The notes: generated from the letters alone by a model not told the origin. A stretch of 64,000 nucleotides of DNA from Patescibacteria group bacterium (GCA_020148045.1 JAHCRG010000006.1:9909-73908); one strand, 5' to 3'; shown: positions 15,640 to 24,570, counted from the stretch's first letter. Made by a program: numbers and translations.

Positions 15640-16161
15640 ATGTATGGAATAGAATTAGAAAGAACTTTTTTACTAAAAGAAATACCAAAAAATTTAAAAA
15701 ACTGTAAATCTATTGAGATTCTCGATATTTATATTCCTCAGTCAGTAGAACATCCAATTTTGAGAATTCGAAAAAGGGGAGATGTTTTTGAGATGACTAA
15801 AAAATCACCAGTGGAAAACGATTCTTCAGAACAGGGAGAGCAAACCATTTCTTTGTCAGAGAAAGAATTCTATGAATTATCGGTAATGGAGGGAAAGAGA
15901 TTAAGAAAAATTCGTTATTTTTACCCTGTAAATAATAAAATAGCAGAAATAGATTTTTACTTAGATGATTTAGAAGGGCTGGTAACTGCAGATTTTGAAT
16001 TTGATTCGGTTGGAGAGAAGGCAAGCTTTGTAATGCCGGATTTCTGTTTAGCAGACGTTACCCAAGAGAAAGGGGCTGCTGGAGGTATTCTTGCTGGAAA
16101 AAAATACTCTGATGTCCAGTCCACTTTGGACAAATATAATTACCAAAAAATTAAATTATAG
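15640..16161 (+). CDS. CYTH-domain (triphosphate tunnel metalloenzyme) protein
   Basis: The N-terminal IELERTFLL resembles the EIERKFLV signature, and the size fits. Confidence 0.7.
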   Translation: MYGIELERTFLLKEIPKNLKNCKSIEILDIYIPQSVEHPILRIRKRGDVFEMTKKSPVENDSSEQGEQTISLSEKEFYELSVMEGKRLRKIRYFYPVNNKIAEIDFYLDDLEGLVTADFEFDSVGEKASFVMPDFCLADVTQEKGAAGGILAGKKYSDVQSTLDKYNYQKIKL

Positions 16162-16169
16162 TAAATTAT

Positions 16170-16481
16170 ATGGATTTTGTTTTTGTTTATATAACTAATC
16201 CGACAAAGAGGGAGGCGAGAAAGATAGCTAAGCATTTACTTAAAAAGAAATTAATTGCTTGTGCGAATATTTTTCCAATAAATAGTTTATATTGGTGGGA
16301 AGGGAAGATTATTGATGATAATGAATTTGTTTTGATTGCCAAGACAACCAAGGCAAATTTTAAAAAAGTTAAAAAAGAAGTTGAAAAAGTTCATTCATAT
16401 AAAATTCCCTGCATCGTCAAAATTCCCGTAAGTTCAAATAAAAAATATTTCAATTGGCTAAAAAGAGAAATTAAAAAATAA
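16170..16481 (+). CDS. cutA: divalent-cation tolerance protein CutA
   Basis: The CutA1 pattern LIACANIFPINSLYWWEGKI is present at 103 aa. Confidence 0.85.
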   Translation: MDFVFVYITNPTKREARKIAKHLLKKKLIACANIFPINSLYWWEGKIIDDNEFVLIAKTTKANFKKVKKEVEKVHSYKIPCIVKIPVSSNKKYFNWLKREIKK

Positions 16482-16482
16482 T

Positions 16483-16806
16483 ATGGAATACACAGATTTT
16501 AGGGAGATTTTAGAAATTATTGCCAAAGCTGCCGGGAAAATAGAGACAGTGGAGATTTATTATCCTAAAACTGAAAATACTCCTGAGGGATGGAGAGAAG
16601 TTGAGCCATATAGTTTAACTACTGATATAGGTGACGAAGGGGAACATTTAGTTTATGGAAAAGATCGTTTAAGCCCAGGTCATATTTTTAATGGATACAC
16701 TGTGGGGAGTAATGATAAGCACTGTGACTCTTTTATAATTGGGAAAATTAAAGCAGCTAAACTTACTAATAAAAGATTTAAGCCAAAATGGCCAGTAGAA
16801 TTTTAA
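16483..16806 (+). CDS. small hypothetical protein (WYL-like pattern)
   Basis: VEIYYPK ... WREVEPYSL and a C-terminal FIIGKIKAAKLTNKRF weakly resemble WYL domains. Confidence 0.3.
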   Translation: MEYTDFREILEIIAKAAGKIETVEIYYPKTENTPEGWREVEPYSLTTDIGDEGEHLVYGKDRLSPGHIFNGYTVGSNDKHCDSFIIGKIKAAKLTNKRFKPKWPVEF

Positions 16807-16809
16807 ATT

Positions 16810-17601
16810 ATGAGCAAGGTTTCGCGAGTCAAAGTTGATAAAAATTTAAAAAGGACAATTTTGGAGGCAGTGGATGGGGTAAGTGGGTTTAAGAAATTTA
16901 TCAAGAAAGGAGATGTGGTTTTGCTAAAGCCGAACTTTAATACTGCTGACCCTTTTCCAGGTTCCACTGATTTTAAGTTTTTGAAAACTGTAGTTGAATT
17001 GGTTTACGAATACAAGCCTAAGATGGTGCTGCTTGGCGATTCTTCTACAATGAGTTTGAACACACGGAGAGTAATGAAGAAATTAAGAATCTTTGATTTG
17101 GAGAAGATGAAGAGGCCTCCCCGGGTTTATGTTTTTGATGAGAGACCCTGGGTAAAAAAAGAGATACCAAATGGTAAATATCTAAAAAGAGTTTATATTA
17201 CTCATTATTTAGATAGAGCTGATAAATTGATTCTTCTTCCTTGTTTGAAAACTCACTTTTTGTCTCAGTTTACCGGGAGCTTGAAGCTTTCCATGGGCTT
17301 TATAAAACCTTTTCACCGGGTTCACTTTCATATAAAACATCTTCAAGAGAAAATAGCAGAATTAAACAAAATTATTCATCCTGATTTGGTTATTATGGAT
17401 GCTCGGAAGTGTTTTGTTAATAAAGGACCGGGACAAGGCAAGCTTGCTGAGCCGAATTTAATTTTAGCTTCAACAAGCAGGATTGCTATTGATGTTGAAG
17501 GGATAAAAATAATTCAGAGCTTTAGAGGAAATTCCCTTAAAGGTATTGACCCTTGGGAATTACCCCAAATTAAAAAAGCAAAAGAATTCGGAATTAAATA
17601 A
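16810..17601 (+). CDS. DUF362 domain protein
   Basis: GDVVLLKPNFNTADPFPGSTD is typical of DUF362. Confidence 0.65.
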   Translation: MSKVSRVKVDKNLKRTILEAVDGVSGFKKFIKKGDVVLLKPNFNTADPFPGSTDFKFLKTVVELVYEYKPKMVLLGDSSTMSLNTRRVMKKLRIFDLEKMKRPPRVYVFDERPWVKKEIPNGKYLKRVYITHYLDRADKLILLPCLKTHFLSQFTGSLKLSMGFIKPFHRVHFHIKHLQEKIAELNKIIHPDLVIMDARKCFVNKGPGQGKLAEPNLILASTSRIAIDVEGIKIIQSFRGNSLKGIDPWELPQIKKAKEFGIK

Positions 17602-17605
17602 AATT

Positions 17606-17800
17606 ATGGAATGTAAAAAGGAAGAAAATTTAAAAGATTGTCCTTGTACTTATCCCAATTGTCCCAGAAAAGGGACTTGTTGCGATTGTATAAAATATCA
17701 TTGGCAGACGGGTGAACTCCCAGCTTGTTTTTTCTCTTCAGAAGCAGAGAAAACTTTTGACCGCTCAATTGAAAAATTTATTGAAGACCAAAAGAAATAG
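17606..17800 (+). CDS. small Cys-rich protein (CPCTYPNCPRKGTCCDC)
   Basis: A 64-aa ORF starting at ATG 17606 just after the DUF362 stop, with eight Cys. Confidence 0.55.
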   Translation: MECKKEENLKDCPCTYPNCPRKGTCCDCIKYHWQTGELPACFFSSEAEKTFDRSIEKFIEDQKK

Positions 17801-17809
17801 CTATTGGGC

Positions 17810-17837
17810 TTGACAAAGGTTTTTGATGGACTAATAT
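17810..17837 (+). promoter_or_regulatory. sigma70-type promoter
   Basis: TTGACA (17810-17815), a 16-nt spacer, then TAATAT (17832-17837). Confidence 0.6.
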
Positions 17838-17850
17838 AGAAAAAAGAAAA

Positions 17851-17961
17851 ATGTTTGGAGATATAACTAATAAATTGAATAATCATAACCTCTTAATCGG
17901 TTTACTTGGCTTGCTTCTTTTGCTGGAGAAGCCGATTGGGAGGTTTAACAAAAATTTCTAA
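17851..17961 (+). CDS. candidate Leu-rich leader peptide (36 aa)
   Basis: My translation is MFGDITNKLNNHNLLIGLLGLLLLLEKPIGRFNKNF. Nine Leu fall within residues 14-25. The ORF overlaps attenuator segments 1 and 2 and is below the ORF-track size cut-off. Confidence 0.45.
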   Translation: MFGDITNKLNNHNLLIGLLGLLLLLEKPIGRFNKNF

Positions 17962-18019
17962 TTTCTAATTACTAATTTCTAAACATTGAACCTCCCAACC
18001 AGGAGGTTCTTTCGTTTTT
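17887..18019 (+). promoter_or_regulatory. four-segment terminator/antiterminator (attenuator-like) leader
   Basis: Segment 1 (aacctcttaatcgg) pairs with segment 2 (ccgattgggaggtt). GGGAGGTT (17938-45) pairs with AACCTCCC (17989-96). GAACCTCC (17988-95) pairs with GGAGGTTC (18002-09), which is followed by tttcgttttt. Confidence 0.6.
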
Positions 18020-18072
18020 GTACCTTGAAAAGTAAATAAGAAAAGGAATCTTTTTAAAGAAAGGAGCGAAAA

Positions 18073-18645
18073 ATGAGTAGCGAAGCACAAACAGCTGTTT
18101 TGAAGGGAAGATTAGAGGGCATTGGTTATGAGTTGTCAGAGGACGAATTGATATTAGTTTGTAGAGGATTCGATAGCCTGGTTCAAGTAAAAGCTCCTCT
18201 TAATAATGGCGATCTCTATATGCTTGTCCAGGAAGTTCTTGTTCAAGAAGAGACAACAGCGGAGGGCTTGATTACAGTAAAAAGGGTTGATTATCGCCGT
18301 GAGCATGATGTTTTATCTGCTACAGTAGTTCTTTCCCAAAACGAAGTTGAATTTGAAGCCACTGGAAGTGGAGGTGGGCCAATTGCCTCGGTTTGGACGG
18401 CTATTACGGGGGCTGTTTTCGAGAAAGGAATTCTTTTAGGAGAAGTAAAGCTTAAAGATTTTAAGATTTTTGCAGAGCCAGGGGGAGTTGAGGCTAAGGG
18501 ATTATCTACTATTTGTATGGAGAATGACGGTAAGATAGGTTATGCTAGAGGAGTTGACCAAGATATTATTTTAGCTTCTGCCAAGGCCATAGTCTCAGCC
18601 ATTAACCATCTCCTGTATGTTCCTGTAGAATCTGCGCTCGTTTAG
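18073..18645 (+). CDS. stand-alone LeuA allosteric (dimerisation/regulatory) domain protein
   Basis: ATGSGGGPIASVWTAI and GYARGVDQDIILASAKAIVSAINHLL match the C-terminal regulatory domain of 2-isopropylmalate synthase. The catalytic TIM-barrel part is absent. The RBS is aaaggagcg. Confidence 0.65.
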   Translation: MSSEAQTAVLKGRLEGIGYELSEDELILVCRGFDSLVQVKAPLNNGDLYMLVQEVLVQEETTAEGLITVKRVDYRREHDVLSATVVLSQNEVEFEATGSGGGPIASVWTAITGAVFEKGILLGEVKLKDFKIFAEPGGVEAKGLSTICMENDGKIGYARGVDQDIILASAKAIVSAINHLLYVPVESALV

Positions 18646-18656
18646 CACCAACAAGC

Positions 18657-18695
18657 AAAGGCTCAAGTGAAATTCTTGGGCCTTTTTATTTTTGA
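18657..18695 (+). terminator. intrinsic terminator
   Basis: The stem aaaggctcaag/cttgggccttt is followed by a T-run. Confidence 0.75.
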
Positions 18696-18772
18696 GTTTT
18701 CTATTTTAGGAGAATAAGGTAGAATAAGAATTAGAAAACGGTCGGAGTAATAAATAGTAACTAAATAAAAAT

Positions 18773-18847
18773 ATGTGTGAGACTTGTGGTTGTACCCCAG
18801 CAGAACCAGAAAAAGAAGGAGAAGCAGAGGAAGAAAAAGAAGAATAA
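18773..18847 (+). CDS. candidate 24-aa Cys-rich/acidic micro-ORF
   Basis: My translation is MCETCGCTPAEPEKEGEAEEEKEE. It is preceded by a TAGAAT -10 box (18720-18725) and an AAACGGTCGG motif (18736-18745). Confidence 0.3.
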   Translation: MCETCGCTPAEPEKEGEAEEEKEE

Positions 18848-18996
18848 AATATGGCTTTGTGTTGTAGAAGATAATTCCTCGAGAACTGTTCTCGGGAAGT
18901 TTGTTTTGTGTTAAACCCCGTAGAAGAATTTTGAATTGAGCTTTGCTCAATCAATACTATTGTTCAAAATTTCTCTACGGGGTAAAATAATTTAAT

Positions 18997-19665
18997 ATGA
19001 TTACTTTAGCCCAAGTAAAAAAGAATCCTCAGATTTTAGAGTTTATTAAAGGGACAGAAAATGTTCTGGCTGCTCTTTCTTATACTGATCATGGTTTTAG
19101 GCATGCCGATTTAGTAGCTGATAGGGCAAGGACAATTGCTAAAGAAATTGGTTTGAGTGGAGAAGAAGGAGAGTTGGCGGCAATTGCCGGTTTTTGTCAT
19201 GATATGGGAAATTTCTTGAGCCGTACTTACCATAACTATTTTGGTGCTTTACTTTTTTCACAAGTTTTTAAAGATAAATTTGAGCCAAAAGAATTAGTAA
19301 CTATTATGCAGGCCATTGCCAATCATGATAAGAAGATAGAAGATGTGAGTTTTGCAAGTCCAATTTCTGCTATTGTTGTTTTAGCCGATAAATCCGATGT
19401 TCATCGCTCAAGAGTGAGTGCCAGGGTTATGGAGGAAATAAAATCTGATATTCACGACAGAGTTAACTATGCCACCAAGCTGAGTCGTCTAAAAATTGAT
19501 AAAAACAAAAAAAGGATTACTTTGACATTAAGAATTGATACTAATTTTGTTCCGATAGTGGAATATTTTGAAATTTTTACTGACAGAATGGTTTTTTGCC
19601 GAAAAGCAGCAGAGTATTTGGGTTATGATTTCGGTCTGATAATTAATAAATTTAGGTTACTTTAG
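18997..19665 (+). CDS. HD-domain phosphohydrolase
   Basis: The motifs HGFRHAD, FCHDMGN and ANHD are present. Confidence 0.75.
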   Translation: MITLAQVKKNPQILEFIKGTENVLAALSYTDHGFRHADLVADRARTIAKEIGLSGEEGELAAIAGFCHDMGNFLSRTYHNYFGALLFSQVFKDKFEPKELVTIMQAIANHDKKIEDVSFASPISAIVVLADKSDVHRSRVSARVMEEIKSDIHDRVNYATKLSRLKIDKNKKRITLTLRIDTNFVPIVEYFEIFTDRMVFCRKAAEYLGYDFGLIINKFRLL

Positions 19666-19709
19666 CACTAAAGGTCAGATAATTATTGTTAAAAAATTAA
19701 ATAGAAACT

Positions 19710-19907
19710 ATGGAAGAATTTATATTAGGAAACTCATGGGTTCTTTTATTAATAGCTCTCTGGACTCTCCCCTGGAAGGGAGTGGCTTTATGGAAATCAG
19801 CCCGCAACAAACAAATGGGCTGGTTCATCATCCTCTTGATTTTGAATACCCTGGCCATCCTGGAAATCATTTATATTTTCTACTTCAGCAAAAAGAAAAC
19901 CCGGTGA
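19710..19907 (+). CDS. small two-TM membrane protein (DUF5652-like)
   Basis: The pattern LPWKGVALWKSARNKQMGWFIILLILNTLAILEIIY is present. The family name is from memory. Confidence 0.55.
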   Translation: MEEFILGNSWVLLLIALWTLPWKGVALWKSARNKQMGWFIILLILNTLAILEIIYIFYFSKKKTR

Positions 19908-19930
19908 GCAATAAACAGTAAACAAAAGAA

Positions 19931-19955
19931 ACAGAGGCCCGTCCTCTGTTTTTTA
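19931..19955 (+). terminator. intrinsic terminator containing AGAGGCCCGTCCTCT
   Basis: CAGAGG-cccgt-CCTCTG is followed by a T-run. The same 15-mer recurs inside rplW at 53818-53832. Confidence 0.8.
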
Positions 19956-19963
19956 TTGCGCTA

Positions 19964-19992
19964 TTGACAAAAAATAACAATAATGCTATAAT
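19964..19992 (+). promoter_or_regulatory. sigma70-type promoter
   Basis: TTGACA, a 17-nt spacer, then TATAAT. Confidence 0.65.
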
Positions 19993-20055
19993 TTTGGATA
20001 ATTGTGGTCTTTGAAAAGTTAATTTGGAACTGAATATACAGAAAGGAAATAAACG

Positions 20056-21270
20056 ATGAAAAAGATAGAACATATTCTCAGAAGATACGATACGATGTTA
20101 AAGATAGTTTTGCTTGCGCTGTGGTTGTTATGGGCGCTTCCGTTATTCTCTCCTCTGAAAGAATTTCTTGCGAGAGAAGCAGAATCTCTGGTAAGCCGCG
20201 ATACCAAGAAGATAAAACAAGAAAGTTTAGAGTTGTTAGAGTTTGCTGGAGAGGAAGTAAAAAGAGCAAAGGTAGAAGGAATTTCCTACAGCCCTCAAAA
20301 ATATTTTGAAGATTTGAAAGAAATCGAAGAAAAGAGGGACTCTAGTGAAACCTTCTATCCTCAATATGAAGTGGATCAATTGAGAGGGCTCGCTTCGGAT
20401 AACCTTAAAAAAGGATATTATAAATGGCACAAATGGGAGAAGGCTTGTTCCATTTATAACAACTGGCGTAAAGAAAATACGCCTGAGGAGAACTTCTTTC
20501 CGATTGAAAAAGTTAGCTTGCGAGGGGTACTGTCTCGGTCAACAATCTTCTACCTGCGTTCGATGCTTTTAGTCCTTTTCTTTTATCTGATAAGGATGGC
20601 CCAGAGATACAAAAGCATTCTTGGAACCATCCTTGCTGATAAAAAGAAGTTCATTTTGGCAATTCTAGGATGGTTCTTCTACATCTATGAGTATCCCTAC
20701 AATGTTGTCCGTGAGATAAGAGTAGAAGCAGAACTCCGTAGATTAAAGGGGCTATTCCGAGTTTTCAGTGCTAAAGAGTCAAAATTAGTCAGAGAAGTTG
20801 CTAATAGTAGTTATTACAAGCAATGGATTGCTGAATACCGTCAGCAAAACAGAGGTAGTTTTAGACGAGGACTATTCTTGGCTCTAATGGCAACTTTGTT
20901 CCTTCATCTATTGCTTTCCTCTAGTCTCAGAGCTTCGGAAAAGAGAATAAGAAGTCCAGGATTAATACTTTGTCGGGCAGAGAATCAGATTGAGACAGAA
21001 CAGAATCTAAACGATGATACCAGTGAAGACACTCATCAAGTTGAAAGGTGGGGAATACCCCCAGAGATTGGATTACCTGAACCTCCATTACTGGTAATGA
21101 TTGTAAGATTTCTAAAAGAGATTTGGCGCAGCAGACAACCAGATAGTATTGATCGTGTCCCTCGTTCCTCTCTGTTTGGTGTAATTAACGTCAACATTAA
21201 CCAAACAATGAAAGGAAAAAGAAATGAATACGGTCAAAAAGATAATTTGGTTGGTTGTCTTATTAACTAG
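20056..21270 (+). CDS. hypothetical membrane protein
   Basis: A 404-aa ORF with several hydrophobic helices and no motif I recognise. Its 3' end overlaps the next ORF by 47 nt. Confidence 0.4.
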   Translation: MKKIEHILRRYDTMLKIVLLALWLLWALPLFSPLKEFLAREAESLVSRDTKKIKQESLELLEFAGEEVKRAKVEGISYSPQKYFEDLKEIEEKRDSSETFYPQYEVDQLRGLASDNLKKGYYKWHKWEKACSIYNNWRKENTPEENFFPIEKVSLRGVLSRSTIFYLRSMLLVLFFYLIRMAQRYKSILGTILADKKKFILAILGWFFYIYEYPYNVVREIRVEAELRRLKGLFRVFSAKESKLVREVANSSYYKQWIAEYRQQNRGSFRRGLFLALMATLFLHLLLSSSLRASEKRIRSPGLILCRAENQIETEQNLNDDTSEDTHQVERWGIPPEIGLPEPPLLVMIVRFLKEIWRSRQPDSIDRVPRSSLFGVINVNINQTMKGKRNEYGQKDNLVGCLIN

Positions 21271-21988
21271 GGTAACAGGAGTTGTATTTGCTGGTGATGA
21301 GAGTCAAGATATTTCTGTAACCCTATCGTCGAAGATTTACTCAAAGTATCTTAATGAGGGCGGTGGTAACATTTTGCATGACAAGCCAGTTATTCAAACT
21401 GATTTGTTTGCTTCACTGCCAAAAGGATTTTATCTGGGTATTTGGCATTCTGCCGGGCTTGATGGAACGGGTTTGTCCTCTGACAATGGCGACGAAATTG
21501 ATTATATTGTCGGTTGGAGCGGAAAAGTAGGAAAGGTTAATTTAGATATCGGCGCATACTACTTTGACTTGGTTGATATTTTTAAATCACCCCACGGTGA
21601 TATAATCGAGCCTTATTTTGAAATAAGTAAAGGCTTTGATATCTCTGACAAACATTGCTTAACGCCCTATGTATGGTTTGGATTCCCTTATTCAGCAAAA
21701 GGTGATGAATTTGGGCATGGGTTTTACGTCCGTCCCGGCGTTAAACATGCTTGGCAGATAACTCCGAAACTCACGCTTAATCAGAAAGCTAATTTATTCT
21801 TTGACGATGGTGCTTGCGGTTTCGATAGCGGTCTATTTGGAGAATACCGCTGCAGTTTCAGTTGGCAGATATCTAAATCAACTACAATTGACTTGATATC
21901 TGTAAAAGGTATTACCCCTTTTACTTCGCTATCCGACAATCGCAAGACCGAAATTGTATATGGAGCGGGCATAACATACCGTTTCTAA
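21224..21988 (+). CDS. putative outer-membrane-type beta-barrel protein
   Basis: The RBS is aaaggaaaaag and a signal peptide is present. Alternating beta-strand pattern, repeated G-W/Y motifs and a terminal ITYRF (C-terminal Phe signature). It resembles the proteobacterial Gcw_chp/TIGR02001-type family, from memory and unverified. Confidence 0.5.
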   Translation: MNTVKKIIWLVVLLTRVTGVVFAGDESQDISVTLSSKIYSKYLNEGGGNILHDKPVIQTDLFASLPKGFYLGIWHSAGLDGTGLSSDNGDEIDYIVGWSGKVGKVNLDIGAYYFDLVDIFKSPHGDIIEPYFEISKGFDISDKHCLTPYVWFGFPYSAKGDEFGHGFYVRPGVKHAWQITPKLTLNQKANLFFDDGACGFDSGLFGEYRCSFSWQISKSTTIDLISVKGITPFTSLSDNRKTEIVYGAGITYRF

Positions 21989-22081
21989 AAAGTAAGGCCC
22001 TTTGAGGTTTGTAAATCTCAAGGGGCTTTTTCTTTAAAAATTATTGAAACCTGTTATAATATATAATCAAATATTATATTT

Positions 22082-23221
22082 ATGAAAAAATATATTTTCG
22101 CTATTTTTGTTTTAGGGTTGTTATTTGGTGTTTTTGATTTTGTCTTAGCTCAAGAGAATCTACTTGAGATTAATTTTTTTTATACCAGGGGCTGCCATTA
22201 TTGTGCTGAAGAAAAAAAGTTCTTGAATGAGTTGGAGCAGCAATACCCCCAAATAGAGATAAAAAGATTTGATATTTCCAAAAGGGAAAGCATTGAGTTA
22301 TTAAAGAAATTTTATCAGGAATATGAGGTAGCAAAAGAAGAGTGGGGCTTATTCCCAATTACTTTTACTAGTGAGCGTTATTTCTTGGGCTTTGATAATA
22401 TAATTAGCCAAGAAATAGAATCTTGTATTGAAAAGTGTGTTACTGGTAGAGAACAAGAAATTAAAGAAAAAATTACTCTCCCAATTATTGGTGAAATAGA
22501 TGTCAGGAAGTATTCTTTACCTACACTAGCTGTTATTTTAGGAACTTTGGATGGTTTTAATATTTGTTCTTTAGGGGCTTTGATTTTGATTTTAGGCCTG
22601 GTCTTAGCTCTTCGTTCAAGAAAGAAAACTTTGCTTTTCGGTGGGCTTTTTATCCTGACAACAGCTATTGTCTATGGATTTTTAATAGTTCTTTGGTATC
22701 AAATTTTCTCTTTTCTTGTTCCTTATATGAGAACTATGGAAATTTTAATAGGTCTTTTAGGAATAGGAGCAGGGATTTATTTTTTAAGACAATTTATCAG
22801 ATTTAGGAAATACGGCCCAACTTGTGAAGTAGGTTTAGGAAAAGAAATAATATCAAAATTTTCTTTAAGATTTCAAAAATTTCTTAAAGAACCAGGAAGT
22901 ATTTTATTACTCTTAGGAAGTGTACTTTTATTTGCCGGAATAATTACCATTGTAGAATTTCCTTGTTCAGCTGCGGTTCCCGTTGTTTTTGCTGGTATTT
23001 TATCCCAGTCTCAGCTTCCTGGACTTTTTTATCTTTTATACATTGCTCTTTTTCTCCTCTTTTACATGCTAGATGAAATTATTGTTTTTCTGGTTGCTTT
23101 CTTGACAATGAAAGTTTGGCTTGCTTCAAGCAAAGCAATAACTTGGATTACCTTAACTGAAGCAATAATTCTTTTCCTACTTGGATTTTATTATCTTTTT
23201 GGATTTGGTGCTTTGTTATGA
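22082..23221 (+). CDS. thioredoxin/glutaredoxin-like domain fused to DsbD/CcdA-like thiol-disulfide membrane transporter
   Basis: The N-terminal domain has CHYC. The polytopic part has membrane-embedded Cys residues (FNICSL, EFPCSAAVP). Confidence 0.55.
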   Translation: MKKYIFAIFVLGLLFGVFDFVLAQENLLEINFFYTRGCHYCAEEKKFLNELEQQYPQIEIKRFDISKRESIELLKKFYQEYEVAKEEWGLFPITFTSERYFLGFDNIISQEIESCIEKCVTGREQEIKEKITLPIIGEIDVRKYSLPTLAVILGTLDGFNICSLGALILILGLVLALRSRKKTLLFGGLFILTTAIVYGFLIVLWYQIFSFLVPYMRTMEILIGLLGIGAGIYFLRQFIRFRKYGPTCEVGLGKEIISKFSLRFQKFLKEPGSILLLLGSVLLFAGIITIVEFPCSAAVPVVFAGILSQSQLPGLFYLLYIALFLLFYMLDEIIVFLVAFLTMKVWLASSKAITWITLTEAIILFLLGFYYLFGFGALL

Positions 23222-23793
23222 AAAACATAAACCAAGAACTAAAAGAAATTAAAGAGGAGGTTATAAATTGTAGAAAATGTCCTTTATATAAAACAAGAAC
23301 TTATCCAGTAATCGGAGAAGGAAACCATCAGGCAAAAATAATGTTTGTTGGGGAAGCACCCGGGGTTCAGGAGGATAAAACCGGTCATCCCTTTTGTGGA
23401 GCAGCAGGAAGGATTTTGGATGAGCTTTTAGAATCGGTAGGGATAAAAAGAGAAGATGTTTACGTTACGAATTTGTTAAAGGACAGACCGCCAGGTAATC
23501 GTGATCCTCAAAAAGAAGAAATTGAAGCCTGTGTTCCTTATTTGGAGAGACAAATTGAAATTATCAAGCCAGAAATCATTTGTCCTTTGGGTAGGTATTC
23601 AATGAAATTTTTAATGGAGAAGTTTGACTTAAAAGACGAGATTCAACCAATTAGCAGAATTCATGGGAGAGTTTTTAAAATAAAGGAAGGATTGTCCCTA
23701 ATCCCTCTTTATCATCCAGCAGTAGCAACTTACAACCCAAATATGAAAGAAATTCTAAAAAAAGATTTTAAGATTTTAGAAAAATTTAATTAA
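23218..23793 (+). CDS. udg: uracil-DNA glycosylase, family 4
   Basis: CRKCPLY and GEAPGVQEDKTGHPFCGAAGRIL are present. Confidence 0.85.
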   Translation: MKNINQELKEIKEEVINCRKCPLYKTRTYPVIGEGNHQAKIMFVGEAPGVQEDKTGHPFCGAAGRILDELLESVGIKREDVYVTNLLKDRPPGNRDPQKEEIEACVPYLERQIEIIKPEIICPLGRYSMKFLMEKFDLKDEIQPISRIHGRVFKIKEGLSLIPLYHPAVATYNPNMKEILKKDFKILEKFN

Positions 23794-23794
23794 A

Positions 23795-24547
23795 ATGAAT
23801 GTTTTATTTTATATCTTAATTAGTACATTTTTAATCAGTATCATTGCTTTTATTGGAGCTGTAACTTTATTTTTAAAAGAAAAACTTTTGAATAAAATCC
23901 TTTTAATCTTAGTTGCTTTCTCTGCCGGTGCTTTAATTGGGGGAGCATTTTTACATTTAATTCCAGAGGCAATTGAAAAGGTTGGCTTGGAAGAAAACTC
24001 ACTTTTAAAAATATTCTTATATCTAATTTTTGGTTTCTGTATCTTTTTTATCTTAGAACAGTTTATCAGATGGCATCATCACCACGCAACCCAGCATCCA
24101 GAAATAGCTCCTTTTTCTTATCTAATTTTGATCTCGGATGCTGTCCATAATTTTATTGATGGCTTGATTATTGCAGCTTCCTTTGTTGTGGCCTTACCAA
24201 TTGGAGTAGTTACTGCCTTGGCAGTAGCTCTCCATGAAATTCCTCAAGAAATCGGGGACTATGGAGTTTTGGTCTACGGCGGATTTAAAAGAGTTAAGGC
24301 CTTGTTTTTAAACTTTTTCTCAGCAAGTGCTGTAATTTTTGGAGGAATTGTTGGCTTTTTGCTTTCAGAGAAAATCGGTCAGTCAATTATTTTCCTTTTA
24401 CCTTTTGCAGCTGGCAACTTTATTTACATTGCTTCTTCAGACCTAATTCCTGAAATTAAGCATAAAGAAAGTTTTAAAAAATCAATAATTTATTTTCTTG
24501 TATTTCTGCTTGGGATAGCTTTAATGTTATTGATAAGAATTATATAA
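23795..24547 (+). CDS. zupT: ZIP family metal (Zn/Fe) transporter
   Basis: A His-rich loop (WHHHH), HNFIDGL and HEIPQEIGDYG are present. Confidence 0.85.
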   Translation: MNVLFYILISTFLISIIAFIGAVTLFLKEKLLNKILLILVAFSAGALIGGAFLHLIPEAIEKVGLEENSLLKIFLYLIFGFCIFFILEQFIRWHHHHATQHPEIAPFSYLILISDAVHNFIDGLIIAASFVVALPIGVVTALAVALHEIPQEIGDYGVLVYGGFKRVKALFLNFFSASAVIFGGIVGFLLSEKIGQSIIFLLPFAAGNFIYIASSDLIPEIKHKESFKKSIIYFLVFLLGIALMLLIRII

Positions 24548-24570
24548 AAATGTTTTATAAAATTATAGAC

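Noticed and set aside
15632-15646. Leaderless start for the CYTH gene from the TGGTAGAAT box.
   Set aside because: The -10-like box ends only 2 nt before ATG 15640. The ATG 6 nt downstream (15644) is followed by a stop after two codons. This copy does not fit the leaderless pattern.
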